Of a stretch of DNA of 17,385 bases, positions 1 to 7,340 are shown one piece after another. This DNA is from an uncultured Fibrobacterales bacterium (lineage in GTDB: Bacteria; Fibrobacterota; Fibrobacteria; Fibrobacterales; CAWVXU01), in NCBI GenBank assembly GCA_963934255.1, contig CAWVXU010000058.1:1-17385 (forward strand), given 5' to 3'. The number at the start of each line of letters is the position of its first letter. Within the stretch, counting starts at the first letter, position 1. Below the pieces are notes generated by a model. The model had not been told where the DNA came from. It worked only from the letters and a program-made list of their open reading frames with translations, and did not search any database. Position numbers and translations under genes: made by a program.

Positions 1-60
1 CTTATCAAGATACAACGACTTATCAAGATACAACGACTTATCAAGATACAACGACCTATC
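1..60 (+). repeat. 18-bp tandem repeat (CTTATCAAGATACAACGA)x3 plus a degenerate partial copy, coding YQDTTT
   Basis: Perfect units at 1-18, 19-36 and 37-54, then CCTATC. No spacers. May continue upstream of the window. Confidence 0.95.
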
Positions 61-665
61 ACTTAGACACTATACCCTTCTGTCCAGAAATTTATCAGCC
101 CGTCTGTGCAGGAGGGGTAACCTATGCGAACTCTTGTCAAGCTAGAGCTGCCAAGGTAAGGAGTCACACACCTGGTGAGTGCCCTATAGACAAACAAGGA
201 GTCAGGGTGTTGAGCATGGTAGATGATAGTGTTTCCATCTCTAAAGTAGATAGATACTTCAGCATGACAGCCTTTGGAGCAACAAAGCATTTGTATCATT
301 TTGTGGAGGACAATGCTATCTTATTAATTCAAATCTATAATGATTCAGCTCACTCTGCCACTGCCAAGGTCATTCTGTTTGATGTGAATGAGACTGTCTC
401 GTCGCTTGATAGATGGATCAATAATCAGGTATCTGATGCTCTTTATGCGAACGCTCCCCAACCGATGAGTGATTTAGAATTAACTCCAAATCAATTTAGC
501 CTCGTCAATCCATCCATAGCAGATAGCCTAACGGGTTCCTATGGTGATCAATGGGTGAATTATAATGTTACTTTAAAAGTAAGTGAAGTCATTCAAAACG
601 ATGTTTTCATACTAGAGAGCTTTGATGATTCGGCGATCGCACATGTGAACACGTATATGCCCTGA
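3..665 (+). CDS. 5'-truncated protein with a YQDTTT repeat linker, a Kazal-like serine protease inhibitor domain (81-182) and a C-terminal domain of unknown function
   Basis: The frame of the 207..665 ORF stays open back to the window start: YQDTTTYQDTTTYQDTTTYHLDTIPFCPEIYQPVCAGGVTYANSCQARAAKVRSHTPGECPIDKQGVRVLSM. CPxIYxPVC..G.TY.N.C..GEC is the Kazal signature. Stop TGA at 663-665. Confidence 0.85.
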   Translation, partial: YQDTTTYQDTTTYQDTTTYHLDTIPFCPEIYQPVCAGGVTYANSCQARAAKVRSHTPGECPIDKQGVRVLSMVDDSVSISKVDRYFSMTAFGATKHLYHFVEDNAILLIQIYNDSAHSATAKVILFDVNETVSSLDRWINNQVSDALYANAPQPMSDLELTPNQFSLVNPSIADSLTGSYGDQWVNYNVTLKVSEVIQNDVFILESFDDSAIAHVNTYMP

Positions 666-700
666 CTTTAACTCAACTTTCATGAGTGCGACTATCAAGA

Positions 701-730
701 AGTCCATCGGCAGTGTCGGTGGATTTTTTT
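701..730 (+). terminator. Rho-independent terminator of the Kazal-domain gene
   Basis: Hairpin TCCATCGGC-AGT-GTCGGTGGA (2 G-U pairs) followed by a 7-T run, about 37 nt after the stop codon. Confidence 0.7.
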
Positions 731-760
731 ATATGCTAGTTTCATATTTTCTATAAACAA

Positions 761-1362
761 TTGAGGGTCTCTAATTTTATTTTTGGCTTCAACGAGAATG
801 AATAAACCACACACGTATGGGATGATGATTTGAGCCTTATAGGTCCTAGAGTAAAAACCAAGAGTCTATTGAGCGACATCCTAATGAGATTCGGGTCGGT
901 GATACAAATTATATCGACACAAAGGAAGGATGGTTGTTTCTAGCCACAATCATTAATTTGTTTTCAAGAAAGGTTGTTGGTTGAGCCATGTCTAGTCCTA
1001 ATGATACTTAGCTCACAATTAATTTGATTATGATCGCAATTAAGTATCGAAAACCGAAAGAGGAAGTTGTCTTTCATTCAGGTTAAGGAGTTCAATATTC
1101 AGGTCTTTCATTTATCTCAACGCTAAAATCAAACAACATTCTGTTAAGTATGACCCGAAGAAGAAATTGTTACGAGGGTACAGTAGCAAAATCATTCTAC
1201 CAACTTTTAAAACGTGAAGAAATCAAAGCATAAAAATAGAGAACTTTGAATATATAGAATTATTCTATAATTCAAAAAGGACACATTGTCAATGTGGACG
1301 ACTATCACCGAAGAATTTCGCAAAGAACTATTATAAGTGTCTATCAAAACGGGTGCGATTCA
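761..1362 (+). mobile_element. Decayed IS3-family element (OrfB/integrase-core pseudogene with right end)
   Basis: Reads PNEIRVGDTNYIDTKEGWLFLATIINLFSRKVVG*AM...VFHSG*GVQY...SMTRRRNCYEGTVAKSFYQLLKRE, then in a shifted frame YIELFYNSKRTH...LSP. Stops at 982, 1009 and 1084. An FYFWLQR trace of the OrfB N-terminus lies near 775-795. Ends ...TGTCTATCAAAACGGGTGCGATTCA at 1362 (terminal CA). Confidence 0.88.
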
Positions 1363-1406
1363 CTTCAAAGTGCGACCATATTTGGTAGGTATATATTGCG
1401 ATAGAA

Positions 1407-2309
1407 TCAGGATTTAGTATTCACCACCTCGTTTTGTTTTTTGTTGTATTCTGCAAAAGCAGGGTTGGCGAAATCGACAGGTACATTGTCTTTGAAATTT
1501 CCAATGATCGCTTCGGCGGTAGCAGGGTTGGTGGCGAAGGGTATATGATAAACATCAGCTAGGCGACCTAAGGCTTCAATGTCAGCATGATGTGGGTGGG
1601 CTGAGAGGGGATCTCTAAAGAAAATAACGGCCCCAATACTTCCGGCAGCAATCATTGCACCAATAGCCTGATCTCCACCTAAAGGACCAGATTGAACCTT
1701 ACGCGACAACAATATCCCCGTTTCTTTGTGCAATAAAGAACCCGTTGTACCCGTAGCCACTAAGGACGATTTCTGGAGTACATCTTTGTGCTTTCGCACA
1801 AAATCCACTAGCACGGGTTTCATAGCATTGTGCGCCACAAGAGCAATGTAGCGTTTGTCATCTACCCAGTTTTCGTGTTCCCCTTCTTTTTTATGTTTGG
1901 CATAGCGAGCCCCAAAAAAGGATTTACAGGACATAGCAAGACGCAAGTCTTCACTGAAAAGAGCTTCAAATGAAGAAACACTTAAAATAGCGACAGTCAT
2001 ATCGGTTACGGCCCGCACATCTGCAGTTCGCAGTGCCTGGCTAGAAAACATGGCTTCTCCGAAAAAATCACCGACGACTAGACCTGCCCGCTTGAGGGAT
2101 TCGACCTCAACTTCGGCCGTGCCTTCAAGAATTATGCCTACAAAGTGGGCAGGTGTGTTGGCTCGGGCAACTAAACTGCCAGCGGCATAATTCTGCACAG
2201 AAAGATGCTTAGATAAATGCCCGAGTTGCAAGGGGCTTAAGTATGATCCAAGATCAGATTCAATGAGAGCTTTTTGGAGAAGAGTTGAAGTATAATCGTT
2301 CGAATTCAT
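1407..2309 (-). CDS. mgsA: Cyclic-nucleotide-binding domain fused to methylglyoxal synthase
   Basis: N-terminal ~135 aa cNMP/CAP-ED fold with phosphate-binding cassette FFGEAMFSSQALRTADVRA. C-terminal MGS motifs IALVAH, ATGTTG, SGPLGGDQ, IFFRDPL, PHHADIEAL.RLA and ATNPATA. Confidence 0.9.
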   Translation of the reverse strand: MNSNDYTSTLLQKALIESDLGSYLSPLQLGHLSKHLSVQNYAAGSLVARANTPAHFVGIILEGTAEVEVESLKRAGLVVGDFFGEAMFSSQALRTADVRAVTDMTVAILSVSSFEALFSEDLRLAMSCKSFFGARYAKHKKEGEHENWVDDKRYIALVAHNAMKPVLVDFVRKHKDVLQKSSLVATGTTGSLLHKETGILLSRKVQSGPLGGDQAIGAMIAAGSIGAVIFFRDPLSAHPHHADIEALGRLADVYHIPFATNPATAEAIIGNFKDNVPVDFANPAFAEYNKKQNEVVNTKS

Positions 2310-2395
2310 AGTTGATTACTTTTCAGGGTTAAAAGAGAATGAGATAAAAATTTAGATCATATATATGAATATACATTCTGTGTTTGATTTATTGC

Positions 2396-2462
2396 CTATA
2401 ACTTTTACTGTATGGTGTCGTAGCATCCCGCAGGGTGCTATGCACTATACACACTGTTGGAC
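2396..2462 (-). other. Solitary integron attC-like recombination site (67 bp)
   Basis: On the minus strand: R'' GTCCAAC (RYYYAAC), 5-nt spacer, imperfect inverted repeat GTATAGTGCATAGCACCC-TGCG-GGATGCTACGACACCATAC, 7-nt spacer, R' GTTATAG. The plus strand folds better (G-T wobbles, one extrahelical T at 2418). An upstream ORF remnant stops inside it. Confidence 0.65.
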
Positions 2463-2578
2463 TTAGTTTTTATTTTCAGATTGAGTTTCAATTCAGTAAT
2501 TCTTCCATTGAAACTTGCCATTCATCCATCATTACTTTTATCTAATAGAAGAAGTCCGTTAGTATATTTTTTTAAGGT
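2438..2578 (-). pseudogene. 3' remnant of a probable gene-cassette ORF cut by the IS3 end at 2579
   Basis: Reads [45 protein letters not shown]. It has one internal TGA, starts exactly at the IS end and stops inside the attC-like hairpin. Confidence 0.4.
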
Positions 2579-2933
2579 TGGACTTCCCCCGATATAGTGG
2601 AAACTTAGTTTAGGGTTGTAGAATACTTCGATATCGTAAAATATTTCTAATCGAGCATCTGCTCTTGTCTTGTAAATCTTCTTCTTAATCAACTCCTTTT
2701 TTATTGTGCTATTAAATGATTCTACAACTGCATTATCGTGGCAATTCCCTCATCGACTCATACTAGTGACAAGATTGTGATCTCTACAAAACGCATCCAT
2801 GAATCTGAATCCTATTGAGAACCTTGATCTGTGTTTATCATAACTTTTGATGTTGGATTTCTAGATGATACTGCTTTTACTAGAGACTCAATCACTAAAC
2901 ATTGGTGCATGTGGGGCTCCATTCCCGACTACC
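2579..2933 (-). mobile_element. IS3-family remnant (3' part of OrfB plus right inverted repeat)
   Basis: The minus strand reads ...LVIESLVKAVSSRNPTSKVMINTDQGSQ*, then after a frameshift [60 protein letters not shown]. Terminal IR TGGACTTCCCCCGATATAGTGGAAAC starts at 2579. Confidence 0.9.
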
Positions 2934-3004
2934 CTCTTCTTCTCAAAGATTGCTGTAATCTGTTCTATAGGTAGCGTGTTGACTTCTATTTCGAGCATAG
3001 AGTG

Positions 3005-3037
3005 AATCGTCTTAGTATGACACTAGGTGATTTTTTT
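3005..3037. terminator. Weak hairpin just downstream of kefB
   Basis: AATCGTCTTAGT-ATGAC-ACTAGGTGATT with a bulge and G-U pairs. The T-run is on the plus strand only, so it is a poor terminator for the minus-strand kef transcript. Confidence 0.25.
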
Positions 3038-3045
3038 ACATGCAA

Positions 3046-4929
3046 TTAACTTTTTTTGTTTCTTTGGATTGAATTATTGTCCCATGCTTCATTCTCTTGG
3101 TCAAAATGAGTTGTACCATCTCTGAGTTCTTCTTCAACTCCTTGAATCAATGCACGAGCTTTACTGAAAAAATCTTTTTGACTTACATCCAAATTTAAGA
3201 ATTGATTAAGGGATTCTTCGTCATGTTTTCGAAAGTTAAGACTTGCTTTATGCGCCTGATGAGCGCGAATCCCACTTGCAACAAGAGCATCCTCAGCCAT
3301 TTTTAGTGACGTGTCTAACGTTTCTCGGTAGATGTGTTCAACACCAAGCTTTTTCAATTGAACAGCCATTTTTATTCCTGAGGCTCGAACAAGTAGCTTT
3401 AAATTAGGATAGTGTTGTTTAAGCATTTCTGTCATCTCAAGCGCTTTTTTATCTTCGTCAATAGCAATAATAAACAGGCATGCTTTATCAACTCCCGCAG
3501 AATGCAGCAGGTCCATTCTACTTGCATCCCCATAATATGCTTTTAATCCAAGTTTACGAATCGATTCGACTCTTGAAGCGCTATGGTCTAAAACAGTTGT
3601 AGGGACATCAAAACTTTGCAACATTCGACCGACAATATTTCCAAATCTTCCAAACCCAGCTATAATAACAGGAGCTTGTTCTTGGATGGTATCTGCTGCT
3701 TGAGTTACTGTCGTTTTTTTGCTAATGATCGGACTAAGAACTTTTTCATGTAGAACAAATAAAAGAGGAGTTAAAGCCATAGAAAGTGCTACAGCTAGTG
3801 TAAATTCATTTGAAGTTTGAACACTTAGAATGCCATTTTGTTTTGCAAAAGAAAAAAGCACAAACGCAAATTCACCCCCTCCACACAAGCCCAGAGTAAC
3901 AAGTAATTTATCTTTAATTGAAATCTTAAAAACCGTTGATAACAGGAAAATAACGATTCCTTTTATTAGCATAAAGCTTAGGAGAAAACCTATAATCTTT
4001 ACAGGATAATCTCCTAATAGAGAGAAATCCATTGCTGCACCCACTGAAATAAAGAAAAGGCCAAGAAATAATCCTTTAAAAGGTTCTATTACAGTTTCGA
4101 GTTCTTGTCTATATTCAGATTCAGCTAAAACAACTCCAGCTATGAATGCACCCAAAGCAGGACTTAGTCCAACAGATTGCATTGCTAGTGCAACACCAAT
4201 AACTAAAAACAATGCAGCTGCAGTAAAAATTTCACGCATTCTAGTAGAGGCAATAAATCGGAAGAGTGGGCGAGTTAAAAAGCGGCCCCCAAATATTACA
4301 GCTAAAATAACGAAAATAATAATAATCGGTTCTAGCCAATTAGGAAATGCATGTAACCATGCCTGTAAACCCTCGTCATGATGACCATCACCCTTTGTAA
4401 GAATCGCGTGAGTTGCTAACATGGGTAATACGGCGAACATCGGAATTACGGCAATATCCTGAAAAAGTAAAATGGCAAAAGAAGCTTTGCCACCTTCAGT
4501 TTTCATAAGACCTTTTTCAGCCAGGGTTTGTATAGCAATTGCTGTTGATGATAATGAGAGTATTAAACCTAGAGCAAAGCTCTCCTCTATGTTGAAACCA
4601 AAAAGTAAGGCCGCACCCGTGAATAAAAGAGTGACAAAGACAACTTGAAGACCTCCAAGCCCCATAATTGGTTTTCGAAGCTCCCAGAGCAAAGAAGGCT
4701 TTAATTCTAAACCAATAAGGAAAAGCATCATCACTACGCCAAATTCGGCAAAGTGCATAATGTCCTCGTTACTTCCTCCGAGTAGATTAAAACCATAGGA
4801 GCCTAAGGCTATTCCAGCAAATAAGTATCCAAGAACTGACCCTAAGCCTAGTTTTTTTGCTATGGGGACCATGATAACGGCCGATAAAAGGTACAGAAAT
4901 GCGCGGATTAAGATTTCTTCTTGAGACAT
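3046..4929 (-). CDS. kefB: Glutathione-regulated K+/H+ efflux antiporter (CPA2 + KTN domain), KefB-like
   Basis: HFAEFGVVMMLFLIGLEL, LLFQD, LGAFIAGVVLAESEYRQELETVIEPFKGLFLGLFF, GGEFAFV, KTN GFGRFG, YYGDA and RET motifs. Likely start is ATG 4929 (MSQEEIL), 2 nt after the kefG stop with AAGGAAG upstream. ELET loop, YYGDA and FRKHD resemble KefB more than KefC, but that split is uncertain. Confidence 0.88.
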   Translation of the reverse strand: MSQEEILIRAFLYLLSAVIMVPIAKKLGLGSVLGYLFAGIALGSYGFNLLGGSNEDIMHFAEFGVVMMLFLIGLELKPSLLWELRKPIMGLGGLQVVFVTLLFTGAALLFGFNIEESFALGLILSLSSTAIAIQTLAEKGLMKTEGGKASFAILLFQDIAVIPMFAVLPMLATHAILTKGDGHHDEGLQAWLHAFPNWLEPIIIIFVILAVIFGGRFLTRPLFRFIASTRMREIFTAAALFLVIGVALAMQSVGLSPALGAFIAGVVLAESEYRQELETVIEPFKGLFLGLFFISVGAAMDFSLLGDYPVKIIGFLLSFMLIKGIVIFLLSTVFKISIKDKLLVTLGLCGGGEFAFVLFSFAKQNGILSVQTSNEFTLAVALSMALTPLLFVLHEKVLSPIISKKTTVTQAADTIQEQAPVIIAGFGRFGNIVGRMLQSFDVPTTVLDHSASRVESIRKLGLKAYYGDASRMDLLHSAGVDKACLFIIAIDEDKKALEMTEMLKQHYPNLKLLVRASGIKMAVQLKKLGVEHIYRETLDTSLKMAEDALVASGIRAHQAHKASLNFRKHDEESLNQFLNLDVSQKDFFSKARALIQGVEEELRDGTTHFDQENEAWDNNSIQRNKKS

Positions 4930-4930
4930 A

Positions 4931-5539
4931 CTAAGCTTCCTTTTCGTTTGAATAGAGTGCGTTAGTGTCACTGAGAAGATTTAAATCAAAGCTTTCGTTT
5001 TCAAGAGAGGATAAAAATTTTGAATATTGAATTGATTTTTCGTTCACTTCTAGATCCGAGAGAACATGACTCCCATGAATAACAAAAGGAGGCAGGTATT
5101 TCATTTTACAAAGTTTGGCTGTGAGTTCGAGTGGGCACAACAGTTCTCTAATGGTGTGCCCTTTTTCTCCGTCTGGTTGATACACTTCTCTTGAGCCACT
5201 CGAAGACAAGGCATTAATCCAAATCTTATTTTCTAGGGCGTGCGCATTTGATCCATATGCCCAGCTATGAGTTAAGACTAAATCCAACCATTCTTTGATG
5301 ATAGCAGGAGTAGAATACCAATAGAGCGGGAATTGAAAAACGATAGTATCATGATCGGTTAATAACTTTTGCTCTTTAGCAACGTCAATATCCATGTTGG
5401 GATACTCTTCATAAAGGTCATGAAGTGTTATAGAACTTGGAATGTTCTTGAGTAACTCAGCATGAATACGAGACTTTTGAAGGGCAGGGTGTGCAAAAAG
5501 GATTAAAATTTTTTTATCCGATGAAGTTTGAGGAGGCAT
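4931..5539 (-). CDS. kefG: Kef ancillary NAD(P)H-dependent flavodoxin-like oxidoreductase (KefG/KefF family)
   Basis: ILILFAHP, HDLYEEYP, IDVAKEQ and FQFPLYWYSTPAIIKEWLDLVLTHSWAYG motifs. Immediately upstream of the Kef antiporter. Confidence 0.88.
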   Translation of the reverse strand: MPPQTSSDKKILILFAHPALQKSRIHAELLKNIPSSITLHDLYEEYPNMDIDVAKEQKLLTDHDTIVFQFPLYWYSTPAIIKEWLDLVLTHSWAYGSNAHALENKIWINALSSSGSREVYQPDGEKGHTIRELLCPLELTAKLCKMKYLPPFVIHGSHVLSDLEVNEKSIQYSKFLSSLENESFDLNLLSDTNALYSNEKEA

Positions 5540-5703
5540 AAATTGACCTGGATTTAATGTTAATAATATAAAGATGCTATGAATGATTAGATGTGAACTA
5601 TTACTTTCACTATTGGGTCTTTTCTTCTATTGTTGTTAAGACTAAACCCTTTACTTAGCCCTTTGCTTAGCTTGAATATAGCCAGTCGATTTCTTTAAGT
5701 TCC

Positions 5704-5778
5704 ATGCTAAAAAAGGTCTCACTAACTCAACGAACTCTCATTCGTAGATTCAAAAACGCAACAGGCTATGCACCTAAA
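5704..5778 (+). pseudogene. Fragment of an AraC/GlxA-family helix-turn-helix
   Basis: KKVSLTQRTLIRRFKNATGYAP matches the AraC first HTH pattern (A..a.mS.RtL.RrFk.atG.tP). The rest of the 81-aa ORF is unrelated and largely antisense to the next gene. Confidence 0.6.
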
Positions 5779-5810
5779 CCTTTGTTATTTACCAATACTG
5801 ATAAATCTCA

Positions 5811-6245
5811 TTATTCTTCCATCGCCTTGCGTACTTTGAACATGATGGCGAGGTTATTAACAAAAGGAATGAAATTATATGGTCCCATAGCTTCTTCGGT
5901 CCGCGGTATAGGGTGTGCAGAGATGTTTGCGTCAATCGTAGAGATGTAGTCTACCATTTGATCTCTTTCATCGTCTGGAAGTCCACCTCCAATAGCCACA
6001 AAATCAATTGAGTCATTTTTAATTATTTCTTTAATTTTGTCTTTAGAATTACTGGCAATGACATTTCTACCATATCTCTCCCATTCCTCAACTAGAATAT
6101 CTAATGTTGATTGTAATCGGCCAATGACTAAAACTCTTGGTTCCATAAAATTATCCGTATTCTCTATAATATTTGAATTGTCTGTTGAACAACTTAAGAA
6201 GTTAACCAATAAACAAATTATTGTAATGTATTTAACATAAGTCAT
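5811..6245 (-). CDS. Hypothetical lipoprotein (small alpha/beta fold)
   Basis: Start ATG 6245 overlaps the osmC stop (TAATG). MTYVKYITIICLLVNFLSC is a lipoprotein signal. Contains RVLVIGR and IDFVAIGGGLPD. Confidence 0.7.
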   Translation of the reverse strand: MTYVKYITIICLLVNFLSCSTDNSNIIENTDNFMEPRVLVIGRLQSTLDILVEEWERYGRNVIASNSKDKIKEIIKNDSIDFVAIGGGLPDDERDQMVDYISTIDANISAHPIPRTEEAMGPYNFIPFVNNLAIMFKVRKAMEE

Positions 6246-6649
6246 TATGATTGAAACTCCATTTGTACTGGATTTTCTAATAATTTTGAGATCGGGCATT
6301 TGGAAGCTATGGTTAACAAACGTTCTATTTGTGAATCATCAAGGGATTTCTCAAATTGCACAGTCTTAACCATTTTTTTAGTTGTCCCATTTTCCGAAAC
6401 AACACTTTTAAGTTTAACATCTACATTGATACTTCCTACATCCCAGCCCTTTTGGTCCGCATACATTTTAATTGTAATTGCTGTACATGAAGCTAATGCG
6501 GATAGTAAATATTGTGCAGGGTTGGGGTAACGATCTGCTCCACCTAGTGATTCAGGCTCATCCACCATCACTGTGTGTTTAGTTGTTTTGATTTCCATTA
6601 AATAATTATCATTACCCAATGTGCCATTTGCATGTAAGGTTTCCTTCAT
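6245..6649 (-). CDS. OsmC/Ohr family protein (YhfA-like)
   Basis: VDEPESLGG, PNPAQYLLSALASCTAITIKMYA and KCPISKLL with both catalytic-type Cys. Start ATG 6649 overlaps the upstream stop (ATGA) with AAGGAGG upstream. Confidence 0.9.
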   Translation of the reverse strand: MKETLHANGTLGNDNYLMEIKTTKHTVMVDEPESLGGADRYPNPAQYLLSALASCTAITIKMYADQKGWDVGSINVDVKLKSVVSENGTTKKMVKTVQFEKSLDDSQIERLLTIASKCPISKLLENPVQMEFQS

Positions 6650-6870
6650 AATGAATCCTCCTTTGAGTGAGAAGTAAAAGTCAAAGCTCCTGAGGGGCAT
6701 TTACTAATTTGATTTTTCAATTCTTCAGAAGAAGCATTTTCTATTTTTATCCATGGTCTCTCTGTAGGGTTATACACTTTAGGTAATAAATTAATACACA
6801 CAGCCGCATGAGAACATTTTGAAGGATCCCAATGGATAGTGATATCCTTGTTTTTGTAATTTTTTATCAT
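6646..6870 (-). CDS. Divergent 4Fe-4S mono-cluster protein (Fer4_19, YjdI-like)
   Basis: Y.NKDITIHWDPSKCSHAAVC...LPKVYNP..RPWI...CPSGAL motif. Confidence 0.88.
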   Translation of the reverse strand: MIKNYKNKDITIHWDPSKCSHAAVCINLLPKVYNPTERPWIKIENASSEELKNQISKCPSGALTFTSHSKEDSL

Positions 6871-6890
6871 GAATATTATTCCCGTCTAAT

Positions 6891-7274
6891 CTAATTTGAT
6901 TTGATTTTAAGAAGGTGAATATAGGATGGCTTATTTGCAAAGAATAAAAAATGATTCATAGCCATTGCCACAAATGCACCTGCAATACCAGCTGGATCTA
7001 AAAACAAGTGGAACCAGAAAGCATTTAATAAAACTGGAAATAACATGACAAGAGCTAAAGGAACTAGTCGGTTAGAGAGAAGTAATATTCCCGTAACAAT
7101 TTCAACGACAGCTACGGCATTCATTAAATAACCTGTATTTATTAATGCTGACATAAATTCTGCCGCTTCTTGCGGAAGTGGTGGATTCGGAATGAATTGC
7201 AAAAACTTATTCAATCCAAAAATAAAAACTAATAACCCTAATATAATTCGAACAATGATTGCTGCTTTTTTCAT
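6891..7274 (-). CDS. DoxX family membrane protein
   Basis: RIILGLLVFIFGLNKF, TGYLM, EIVTGILLL, PLAL..L.P...N...FH motifs; about 4 TM helices. GGAGA RBS upstream. Confidence 0.85.
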   Translation of the reverse strand: MKKAAIIVRIILGLLVFIFGLNKFLQFIPNPPLPQEAAEFMSALINTGYLMNAVAVVEIVTGILLLSNRLVPLALVMLFPVLLNAFWFHLFLDPAGIAGAFVAMAMNHFLFFANKPSYIHLLKIKSN

Positions 7275-7340
7275 TTTAACTTCTCCATATGAATCTTATT
7301 TAACTGATATAAATATAGAGTTGAAAAAGTTTCAATCCAT

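Noticed and set aside
1..60. CRISPR array
   Set aside because: The units abut with no spacers and are in frame within a CDS.
63..299. 78-aa minus-strand ORF
   Set aside because: Antisense shadow of the Kazal-domain CDS.
982..2524. TGA-to-Trp recoding suggested by TGA at Trp-like positions (982, 2522-2524)
   Set aside because: The IS remnants also contain TAA/TAG stops and frameshifts, and intact genes here end in TGA (665, 1407, 6646, 9538).
761..2933. Composite transposon carrying cNMP-mgsA
   Set aside because: The flanking IS3 remnants have different terminal repeats and clearly different sequences, both are decayed, and no outer ends or target duplication are visible.
4930..4971. Longer kefB N-terminus (MTLTHSIQ...)
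   Set aside because: It overlaps kefG; ATG 4929 has an RBS and fits the family length.
5704..5949. 81-aa plus-strand ORF as a real gene
   Set aside because: Only the first ~25 codons are AraC-like; much of the rest is antisense to the lipoprotein gene.
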